Shown: piece by piece, positions 1 through 9,321 of the stretch
Layout of the letters: every line of letters begins with the position of its first letter
How positions within the stretch are numbered: position 1 is the first letter of the stretch
DNA from: Octopus sinensis
Taxonomy: Eukaryota
DNA: 41,592 bases
NCBI RefSeq assembly: GCF_006345805.1
Contig: NW_021835438.1
Location: 1-41,592 of the forward strand
Direction of reading: 5' to 3'
Made by a program: the position numbers and the translations under genes
The notes under the pieces: model-generated
Databases searched by the model: none
What the model saw: only the letters and a program-made list of their open reading frames with translations
What the model was told of the DNA's origin: nothing

Positions 1-120
1 AAATGCTAAGAGTAAAAGTTGTTTTATATGACACATTCTACTAGTGTCCGAAGTTTTAAAGTGTTTAGTTACAAAAGATTAATTTCTCATCTGCCATTCA
101 AAGGGAAAAGATTGCTTTCA

Positions 121-162
121 GAATGGATTTGGTGGACGGAAACTGCAAGAAGCCCGTCATAT
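121..162 (+). mobile_element. Short internal fragment of tRNA-derived SINE (family 1)
   Basis: GGATTTGGTGGACGGAAACTGCAAGAAGCCCGTC matches the body of the longer copies at 5371-5775 and 11633-11896. Confidence 0.55.
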
Positions 163-1045
163 ACTCTCCCTTTTCTATATCCATATATACACGTTTATAT
201 ATATATATATATGTATATATATATTCTCTCATACATAATAACATTTTATGTTGCCATATAAGCACGCTTATGTGTACTGTTTATATATATCTATATAATC
301 ACTTTCTCATGCATATGTATCTATACGGGCCTATATGGGTATATAGAATCCTTATTTTCTTACTTTTCTCTATCGATCTATCTATCTACCTATCTAGCTA
401 CCTATTTATCTATCTATTTCCTTTCACACAGTAGCATTATCAGGTCGAAATATTTTAACTGCTTCATGTTTAAACTGAACCGATACAGCTTCTCTCACTT
501 ATTCCAAAACGTCATTTCAAAAATAAATTATATATATATATATATATATATCATCTTCAAAATCTGGAAATTATGAAATGATGCACGGTTAATTTAGAAG
601 AATCTGAATAAATAAGCCTTGGACTTGACAGATTAATCGGAATCGTAAAAGATTAATTATATTTTTTCACTTTATCCTTTAACAATTCTTTAGTATGTCA
701 AAATCTATGTATAAGCGTTTATATGTTTAGCTGTTCCAAAGTAAACGCGTATACGAGTATATACATTGCATGGTTACGTGTCTTCATACGTCATTCTCAG
801 CGAGTATATATATATATAAAGTCTTTGGTGTAGCAATTGTATGCGGCTGAAGAAGGTTTTTGATCTATCTATTATATCAATTATGCATTGATGTAAGAAT
901 AAGTTGTTCTATAAACGCGAAACATATGTACCGCAAAATCCTTTGCGTCCTGTTTTTCATTTATTTCATTTGATACATATATCCTATCACTTATGCCACT
1001 AGCTGGCATATACAGGTGCTTACATTTATCAAGTATTCACCCTAA

Positions 1046-1061
1046 ATATATATATATATAT

Positions 1062-1107
<46 letters not shown>

Positions 1108-1110
1108 GAT

Positions 1111-1148
<38 letters not shown>
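1046..1148. repeat. Compound (TA)n/(GATA)n microsatellite, representative of many TA, CA, TACA, GATA and GGAT arrays across the window
   Basis: Direct reading of the sequence; similar arrays at about 2390-2455, 4608-4712, 5168-5258, 13820-13955, 17645-17790, 26920-27220, 30212-30336, 40860-41420. Confidence 0.95.
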
Positions 1149-1184
1149 AGAGGATGCGTGGTGTTCAATCATATAATAATAATA

Positions 1185-1215
1185 CTAGCTCAGATACCCG
1201 GCGTTGCTCGGGATT
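1185..1215 (-). mobile_element. Helitron-type 3' terminus (hairpin + CTAG); 5' end not located
   Basis: Minus strand reads CCCGAGCAACGCCGGG-TATCTGAG-CTAG|T, the same hairpin as the complete element ending at 32498. Confidence 0.6.
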
Positions 1216-1689
1216 AAAATGGCATAATTTGTATATAATTTATTACAGTTATGTTGAAATAGGTGATATGGGAAAGTGCAGCATTGACAACAAAACATTT
1301 GTGGATTAAATGATGGGCTAATTCGACTAAGCAACATGCTATGTGTCTGTTTGAATTATTTCAGGCCCTAACCCGCGAGGGTTATGTGATTTTTGAACGC
1401 ACCGAAAAGGTTTCAGTGGATATACTCTCTTTTGCAGCAGTCGGTGCTGTGTCTGACCGACGCATCATCTGAAATGTTGACACCTCCTTACCGTTGCTTC
1501 GAATACATGGATAAGTAATTCATATTTCAATACGAATTGATTTCACGCTTTGCATGACAAAACTGCTTTGCGACTATCAGTTGAAAACAGCATTTAACAT
1601 CTATTTCTAAATTATTCATTACGTCAGCTCGTGTGCGTTCCTAACTTTAAAAGTTTAAAAGAAACTATTGTAAACAAGAAAAATTTTAA

Positions 1690-1965
1690 TAAAGTAGTAT
1701 TATTAACGTTATTTACAGTAATAATAAGGTGGCTAGCAAGTTCACACCTTTACAGGCACAATATAAAGTAATTAAAATGCTCATTGCATTGCTCGTGTGT
1801 ATCTTTATCGTAATTTTTATGGAGGTTTTTTTAGCATTGGCTCTGATTATTGCAAGTGGTACTACATACCTGACCAAATCTTAAATTACTTTATATTGTA
1901 CCTGTAAAGGTGTGAACTTGCTAGCCTTCCTATTATTACTGTAAATAACGGTAATAATACTATAT
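1690..1965. repeat. Fold-back/MITE-like element with about 80 bp imperfect inverted arms
   Basis: About 1694-1773 (GTAGTATTATTAACG...ATAAAGTAATT) is the reverse complement of about 1884-1962, with a spacer of about 110 bp. Confidence 0.8.
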
Positions 1966-1995
1966 TACTTAAAATTCATATATACATATATATAT

Positions 1996-2029
<34 letters not shown>

Positions 2030-2454
2030 ATATATGATATAATAATATATATACGTATACATATATATGATAATATAGTATATATACGTATATATATATA
2101 TGATATGAATAATATATATGGGCATATATGTGTACAGGACGTCGCCAACTGTGTATACAACATGGAGTACTGTAACAAATGAGTTAAATACGCAAACAAA
2201 GAGAGAGAAATGGAAAGCAGGGCAAGTAACACAGAGAACAACCATTCATCAATCGTCTGCTGTCTATCTACTCCTCATTTCGAGCATTCAACGACAATAT
2301 GAGTGCCCATATATGCATATATATATTATTTATATTATTATTTGATTCAACGCTACGCATCCATTTCCAAGAAAGTTATATATATATATATACTCATACA
2401 TACATACATACATACATACATACATACATACATACATACATACATACATACATA

Positions 2455-3006
2455 CAAGGTGACCTCCCCAAAAAAACGACCCAGAAAAATTTTTTTAAAT
2501 CCTACAAAGGTCCAGCAAATTTCTTGAAATTTGCTGGACTTAAACTTTGGTTTGTGTACGATCATTCACTTTGCATAAAAGTCATGTTCTTTTCAAAATA
2601 TGCTCCAAATGGCATACGCCGCGCAAACACTTGCATACGTCACGCAAAACTGTCAATTACTCGAACACATCCCTCTTTGGGGATTTCCCTGATTTCTGGT
2701 GTGATTGCTGCCTTCAGTTCACTAATCGTTTCAAGGTTGTTCTGGTAAACATTATCCTTGAGATACCCCAACAGATAAAGATCTGGGGAGGGGGTTCAAG
2801 TCTGGTGAATGCGGTGCCCACTGAACGTCATACTTCCTGCTGATCAGTCTCTCTTGAAATCGCTCTCTCAACCAGACTAGGGAGTCATTTGATGCGTGGG
2901 GGTGGCTCCATTTAGCTGAAACCACTTTTCATCTCGATCTATCCCTTTGCGTCGTTTTATTCAGTTTTATTCAAAGATTTGTGGGCTCTGTTTTGTTTTG
3001 GGGATC

Positions 3007-3012
<6 letters not shown>
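2455..3012 (-). mobile_element. Internally deleted Tc1/mariner-superfamily transposon (DD41D/rosa-like by reconstruction)
   Basis: TA-flanked imperfect TIRs (CAAGGTGACCTCCCCAAAA / TTTTGGGGATCACCCTA). The minus strand encodes WFQLNGATP..., WAPHSPDLNP and DLYLLGYLKDNVY with frameshifts; after repairing two indels the last two catalytic positions are about 41 aa apart. Confidence 0.75.
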
Positions 3013-3082
<70 letters not shown>

Positions 3083-3539
3083 ATCTGTGTATCTACACGC
3101 GCACGTGCATATATTTGTGAGCTGGTATGTTTTAAAACGTACCGAATCCCATGAAACAATTGAATTTGTAAAAATTCTGTTATTGCATAATCATAATCTT
3201 TCACGTCTAAATATCTTTAAAGGAGTGAATTTAGGAAACGTTTCCAAAAAATAGTCAAAAATAAAAAACTTACCGAAATTAGAGGAGGTGACAATAAAAT
3301 TAAAGTATCAAAATTTACGATAATTTTGTTTTTTCTTTGGTCAAACACAACCTTACTTGTTTAGTACATAAAACAGGAAAATCTTTCAAATAAAAGTCAA
3401 ATAAAAACAAAACAAATTCTAAAAATGAAAAAAATCAAATAATGAAACAGGCATGGTTTTTTTTAATCATAATCTCCATTTTATTAAAAACAAATTGGAA
3501 GATATTGTTAAAGAGAAGATATTGATATCTTCTCTTTAA

Positions 3540-4500
3540 CTCATGCCACCCGAAACACATCAAAATAAACATCCCTTTCAATTTAGCAAAAAGGATCTGC
3601 ACAATAGTGTCTGATAGAACAACTCGGGACCTTCGTCTTCAAGACCTCAAAACAACACTTATTGAAAGACAATATCCACCCTCACTTATCGACGAGGGAA
3701 TTAAACGTGCCAAACAATTAGACACAAAACACTACAAAACAACCACAAAACCAACGGTTGAAAAATGTGGACGCCCAAACTGTGGAACCTGCCCCAACCT
3801 GCTTGAAGGTTCGGATTTCCTTTTCCAACAAGGACAGAGATTTACAATTAAAATTAGTTTCACTTGGGCCTCTGAGAACCTAATTTATGTAATAACCTGC
3901 TCGGGTTGCGGACACCACTATATTGGACAAACGAGTATGACCTTGAGAAAGAGAACCACTCTACATAAAGAGCAAATCCGTTTCCCCTAATACAGACAAA
4001 TTCTTCTCAGTGAACATATAGAAAAATGTGCAGGTAACATCAAACCAAATTTCACAGGCTTCCCTTTCTACCAGTGCAAAGACGCAATCTCTCAACTAGA
4101 ACGTTTAAATAAAGAAACTTTTTTCATTGAAAAATAGTAAACACGTCTTAATATGCACGCATAACCAACTTTTATCTTTTTACATATTTCAATTCACGAT
4201 TACATCACTGTACATAAATCCCCTGCAAAACAAGGTTTTTTAAACTTGTCTCTGTCTGTACACATATATAATCCTCCCCACCCATTACCGAAAGCTGAAC
4301 AGTTATCTTCCTTACCGACAACAATAACAATAATAACGACAACCAATTACCTCCCTTTATTTATCTACTTGTGAAGTCATTCACTCGTGAATTTCATCAC
4401 ACACAACATGGACAGAATTTCTTCTTAAGAAAAAATATATATTCAAATAAGTAAAACATGATATCATGAATAGCGATTGCGAGACCGGTTGATATATTAA
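3540..4500 (+). mobile_element. Penelope-like element 3' fragment (RT C-terminus + GIY-YIG endonuclease), degenerate
   Basis: Translation HPKHIKINIPFNLAKRICTIVSD (PLE RT C-terminus), KCGRPNCGTC, then NLIYVITCSGCGHHYIGQTSMTLRKR (GIY-YIG motif with CxxC); stop at 3988-3990. Confidence 0.85.
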
Positions 4501-4607
4501 AAATTATATTAAAACTATGTAAGTGTGCGTATTTTCCTTTTTAATTTCTTATATACATTACAACTCACCACGTGGGGATAATCGAAATTCCTCTTTTCTG
4601 TTTCTAC

Positions 4608-4608
4608 T

Positions 4609-4666
<58 letters not shown>

Positions 4667-5167
4667 GGATGGATGGATGGATGGATGGATGGATGGATGG
4701 ATGGATAGATAAATAGATATGTTGCTTTATTAGCCACACAGGGCTGCACATAGACAGAACAAATTACAAGGTAGAGCTTTTCTTTTGGGGGTAAAAAAGG
4801 GGGTTGGTTTTCGATCAAAAGGGATCGTAAAAGGAAAGAAAGAGGACAAAAAAGGGGGGGAGAGAGAAAAAAAGAAAAGGGGTGAGGAAAAAAATGTTGA
4901 TCAATAGGGATCGTAATCACAGAAATGTCAATATGAAGTGTAAAGGGGAGGACAGGTGAGGTTTACCCGTGGAAGGAAAAGCCTACGGAAAAGACCACGG
5001 CAACCTCGGTCAATGAAGTCACATGTTATATTTCTTTTTTTTTGCAAATGAGCAACTCTCTGTATTAATTTTTACGGTTCATAGAATCATAGTCAAGGTG
5101 GCTTCGTCATTCATACGTGCCATCCTTGCTACATTCACCCATCTTTTTTTAAAACATTCACTAGACA

Positions 5168-5170
<3 letters not shown>
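4608..5170 (-). mobile_element. 3' end of a non-LTR retrotransposon (L1/Tx1-like, tentative) with microsatellite tail
   Basis: Minus strand ends an ORF (KKRWVNVARMARMNDEATLTMIL*), followed by a pyrimidine-rich UTR, AATAAA near 4730 and an (ATCT/ATCC)n tail; clade assigned from memory only. Confidence 0.5.
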
Positions 5171-5258
<88 letters not shown>

Positions 5259-5370
5259 TATTGTTGTATGTATGTATGTATGAGAAGAAAATGGATGTAA
5301 ATAACAAGAGGAGAACTCGTCGTTTTCACTGGTATGCCTTTAATTAGATAACAAAGAGAACACATATGCA

Positions 5371-5602
5371 TTACTCTTTACTCTTTTACTTGTTTCGGCC
5401 ATTTGACTGTGGCCATGCTGGAGCACCGCCTTTAATCGAGCAACTCGACCCCGGGACTTATTCTTTTTGTAAGCCCAGTACTTATTCTATCGGTCTCTTT
5501 TGCCGAACCGCTAAGTAACGGGGACACAAACACACCAGCATCGGTTGTCAAGCAATACTAGAGGGACAAACACAGACACACAACATACACACGCATATAT
5601 AT

Positions 5603-5651
<49 letters not shown>

Positions 5652-5775
5652 TATATATATATATATATATACATATACGACAGGCTTCTTTCAGTTTCCG
5701 TCTACCAAATCCACTCACAAGGCTTTGGTCGACCGAGGCTATAGTAGAAGACACTTGCCCAAGGTGCCACGCAGT
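5371..5775 (-). mobile_element. tRNA-derived SINE family 1, 5'-truncated, with LINE-like 3' tail
   Basis: Body CCTTGGGCAAGTGTCTTCTACTATAGCC...GAAACTGAAAGAAGCC, internal TA/TG array, 3' end GGCGGTGCTCCAGCATGGCC...GAAAC(AAGTAAAAG)n. Confidence 0.85.
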
Positions 5776-6520
5776 ACCCAACACAGTTGAATTTCATAGA
5801 ACTGTGTCTCACCCTGTTAATAGCAAATACAAAATACATCTTATGAATTACGCTACACTAATCTTGGAATTGTCAATGCAAGCCCAAATACTTTCGGTGA
5901 AAACATACCCTCCTCAGGCATGATAAATAGGAATTAGTATCAAAGACCCCCGTAATACTTGAAAGCCGCAGCGAACACAAATTTAAGCTATTAGTGATTT
6001 CTACTAATTTCCTGATTAGTACATTTGACAGGAAGGCGAGTAGTGGAACTATGGTTCTGATGATGTATAATACTATTTACTATAGATATGATAAACATAA
6101 ATCTGGCTCTACACAACACTTTTAACACAAAAGGTTATTGAATAACTGTACGTTTTTGCACTACAAAACAAACACAAACATGCTTCCGCTTCACTACAGC
6201 TGAGCACCCTCAAATATTACATAAATTCGTAACGAACAGTTCATTGAAAACTAATCCAGATCCACCAAAATAGTCTACTTAAAAGCAAACATCGAGTGAC
6301 TCGAAAATGCAATAAACTATGTTCGATGTGATGCATAAAATAGTAAGATACAAGCAAAAATAGAAACAATGAAAATTTTGTTAAAGATTGAAAAGCGTTA
6401 AAATTACACGATTGTATCCAATTATTTATTTCATGATAAATGTCAGAAACCAGCAGATATGAGTAAATTCAATGGATTCCATTACGTTGTCATAACTGAA
6501 TGTTATGCGATGGAATACGT

Positions 6521-6526
6521 TTTATT
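6521..6526 (-). terminator. Candidate polyadenylation signal AATAAA for sushi gene copy 1
   Basis: AATAAA about 55 nt downstream of the restored stop codon (6580); a second one at 6425-6430. Confidence 0.4.
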
Positions 6527-6659
6527 GCATGCAAAAACGTAAGCATAAATTTAAAGTACAAGTAAAAAAGAGTTTGATATTAATCATCCTCACACCTCAA
6601 AGTACAACAAGTATCAACCTCTGCATCAATATATATTTCTGATGTTGCATTGTTAAAGC

Positions 6660-8057
6660 CTATTTTGACACATCGATAATACCTACAACTATCCCAATAG
6701 CATGATTCTGTCTGTAACCAAAAAATTTGCAAGTGTATTTTGTTTCACAAACATAATAATTTTCCAATCCATCGGTAAAACTGACTTTGTAATCTATCAG
6801 CTGAATATCTCTATATGAACAGCGTGGTTTGGGGGTCAATACACCATTTTGACATATCACACTATCGTTGGAGTTATTCATACTAGGAAGTTCACACGAA
6901 TAAGTAACGTTCGTGGTTTCTAAGACTGTGCTGCCAAATGGAAGATATTGCAAAGTGTCTGAATTTCGGTAGCTATGTATGTTAGACTTGTATAACAATT
7001 GACAGTTCTTTACACACCGTGGAAGTTTTCCACTCCACGTTCCATTCTCTAAACATGTTCTTTTAGAATCTCCCAACAACGTTTCTTCAGCAGAACAGCT
7101 ATATTCAATAACTGAAAAATTATGTGACAAAATAAAATTCAATCCGTTTCGTTTCTCAATTTTACACGATTTTCTGCACTGTATGTTTGGATACCATTTA
7201 CCTGAAAAGCATTGAACGACTCCAAATGCGACAGGAATGAAGGATCGTTTGCACGAATATAACACTTTCTCTCCTTGATTGATTAAGGTTCTTGGTTTTA
7301 AAATTCTACCTTCAGAAATAGTCACAACTCTGCCAGCAATTTCAGGTACAACACATTTCAAAGTGCAAACAGGTGTCGGAAAATTCCAGCTACCGTCTTG
7401 AAGACAAGTTAATACATATTCACCTTTCAGACTATAAGGTTTTAAGCAACTGAAATGAATTGTTTCGTTAACTTTAACTTCATTTGTATTGTTTACCTTG
7501 CCATGTTTGGGTGGATGCGGTGGGAGACATTTAACAATTTCACAGATTGGTGGTAGAGACGACCACTGTTTATTTTCTTGACAACGTATTGAATTGTTTC
7601 CTCGCAAAATATAATCAGAAAGGCAGTAAAAGTGAATAACAGAGTTATATGTGTATGCAATATTTATCATGAAACTGTGTGCAGGTTTAGGAAAAGTAGG
7701 GCAAGTTATTAACTTACATCTTTTATCTTCATACATCCATTTACCATTCCAACAAATAATATCGGCTGTATTCTCTACACTTGCTTCAAAATTGCGGTTG
7801 CACTTTTGTTGCAGGTGTATTTTTTCCTCTTCCCATTTCAAAGTATATTGAATTCGACTGCTGTTTAATTTCGGCAAAGGACCGCAGTTTAGGAGCTTTA
7901 TCATTTGTTCAAAAAACCACGGAGCAAAGTTGTTGCAGGTTGACGTCGAATTACTGTATTCCGACACAATCTTTTTCATAACATTTGCAACTGTATTATT
8001 TTCACTCTTCACTGTGAATAAGATAAAGAATAGGAAATAAAATGTATTGGATACCAT
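6660..8057 (-). CDS. Secreted sushi/CCP (complement control module) repeat protein, copy 1: signal peptide + 6 CCP; C-terminal Cys domain truncated by a 1-bp deletion at 6706-6707 (restored stop 6580-6582)
   Basis: 465 aa single ORF; hydrophobic N-terminus MVSNTFYFLFFILFTVKS; six C..C..C..W..C modules (e.g. CPTFPKP...FYC...LRG...C...QWS..PIC); many N-x-S/T sites; paralog of 15924-17411. Confidence 0.88.
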   Translation of the reverse strand: MVSNTFYFLFFILFTVKSENNTVANVMKKIVSEYSNSTSTCNNFAPWFFEQMIKLLNCGPLPKLNSSRIQYTLKWEEEKIHLQQKCNRNFEASVENTADIICWNGKWMYEDKRCKLITCPTFPKPAHSFMINIAYTYNSVIHFYCLSDYILRGNNSIRCQENKQWSSLPPICEIVKCLPPHPPKHGKVNNTNEVKVNETIHFSCLKPYSLKGEYVLTCLQDGSWNFPTPVCTLKCVVPEIAGRVVTISEGRILKPRTLINQGEKVLYSCKRSFIPVAFGVVQCFSGKWYPNIQCRKSCKIEKRNGLNFILSHNFSVIEYSCSAEETLLGDSKRTCLENGTWSGKLPRCVKNCQLLYKSNIHSYRNSDTLQYLPFGSTVLETTNVTYSCELPSMNNSNDSVICQNGVLTPKPRCSYRDIQLIDYKVSFTDGLENYYVCETKYTCKFFGYRQNHAIGIVVGIIDVSK

Positions 8058-8157
8058 TCTCTCAGTTTTTATATACTTTTGTCTGTCATGAAAAGGACTT
8101 GTAGTGTTTAAAGTGTAGTCGCTTGTTCACTTTAATTCTAATGTCTTCTTGGGGAGT

Positions 8158-8165
8158 CTTTTATA
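8158..8165 (-). promoter_or_regulatory. TATA box (TATAAAAG) of sushi gene copy 1
   Basis: About 100 nt upstream of the ATG; same motif and spacing in copy 2 (17511-17518) and in the orphan copy (9096-9103). Confidence 0.7.
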
Positions 8166-8363
8166 CTCTCCTTAACCCTCTTTTCCTCCAGTCAGCAATA
8201 AATAATTTTGTTCTGTCTTATTTTAAAATTGAGACATAGTTAATTAGAACGGGAATAGTGTATATGAAAAAAATGTAAGTAGGTGGGGCTTTTGCTTGAC
8301 ACACATACACGCACATACATATATATAAACATATATAAGTGCATTATATGTATATGTGTGTGT

Positions 8364-8400
<37 letters not shown>

Positions 8401-8477
8401 ATTTCGTTTTCACAAAGTATATACATATAGAAGTATATACATTGCCTGGTTACGTGTCTTCATACTACATCCTCAGC

Positions 8478-8523
<46 letters not shown>

Positions 8524-8612
8524 GAACAATCTTACTTAGAAATGGATGCGTGCGTTCCGTCATATAATATATTAATAAATAGAACATATGCATATATATA
8601 TATATATATATA

Positions 8613-8892
8613 TATGTACGTACCCACCTCTACATGTATATATACATGCATATATGGGTACAGGACACCAAAAAAAAAAACGTCTAACACAATGAGAAAC
8701 GAAAACATAAACACGAAGGGGAATTTTCCTTGTGTTATTTGTCCTGTACTCTATTTTTCTGTTGTTTAAGAAAAATGTCCAGTTCCTTGGTTTTGTGTTC
8801 GTGTTTTCGTTTCTCATTGTGTTCGACGTTTTTTTGGTGTCCTGTACCCATATATGCGTGTATATATACATGTAGAGGTGGGTGTACGTATA

Positions 8893-8895
<3 letters not shown>
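8613..8895. mobile_element. MITE-like fold-back element with about 100 bp inverted arms inside a TA array
   Basis: 8613-8714 (TACGTACCCACCTCTACATG...GAAAACATAAACAC) is near reverse-complementary to 8795-8895; spacer about 80 bp. Confidence 0.75.
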
Positions 8896-8960
<65 letters not shown>

Positions 8961-9000
8961 CATATATATATATATGCAAATGTTTTATTTAATAATATAC

Positions 9001-9230
9001 AAAAGTTTTCATAAACTTTTTCTTTCATGAAAAGGACTTGTAGTGTTTAAAGTGTATCTGTTCATTTGTTTTATTTCAATGTCTTTTTAGGGAGCCTTTT
9101 ATACGCTCGCTAACGCTCATTTCCTCCAATCCACTCAAAATAATTTCGTTCAGTTTTATTTTGAAATTGAGACATTATTGGTTAAAGAGAGATTAGAGTA
9201 TATGAACATAGTAGGCGGGATTTTGACCAA
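9001..9230 (-). promoter_or_regulatory. Orphan third copy of the sushi-gene promoter/5'UTR with no following CDS
   Basis: CATGAAAAGGACTTGTAGTGTTTAAAGTGTA, CTTTTATAC and TTTTGAAATTGAGACAT blocks match 8087-8270 and 17425-17635; homology stops just before the ATG position. Confidence 0.75.
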
Positions 9231-9321
9231 AAATGATTTTTAAATGTCTGGCTTACGTTATAGCAAACCAGTGGTGCGCACCCTATTTGTACAAACAAAT
9301 TTACATGTTTTACGAATTATA

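Larger units (their letters stand above)
3080..8290 (-). repeat. Duplication unit 1 carrying sushi gene copy 1 and flanks
   Basis: 3080-3490, 5810-5970 and 6400-8270 align by eye with 14880-15270, 15520-15670 and 15760-17640; unit 1 has about 2.3 kb of TE sequence not present in unit 2. Confidence 0.85.

Noticed and set aside
4458-4492. Hammerhead-like remnant (CATGAATAGCGATTGCGAGACCGGT) at the Penelope 3' region
   Set aside because: Both CUGANGA and GAAA are mutated; not a credible ribozyme
5885-5925. CTGAGGA...CCGAAA on the minus strand downstream of sushi copy 1
   Set aside because: No proper stem I or III could be built, and the paralogous site (about 15585-15620) has lost the core
7651-7981. 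Plus-strand ORFs overlapping the sushi genes (also 17135-17335)
   Set aside because: Antisense shadows of the real CDS with no motifs
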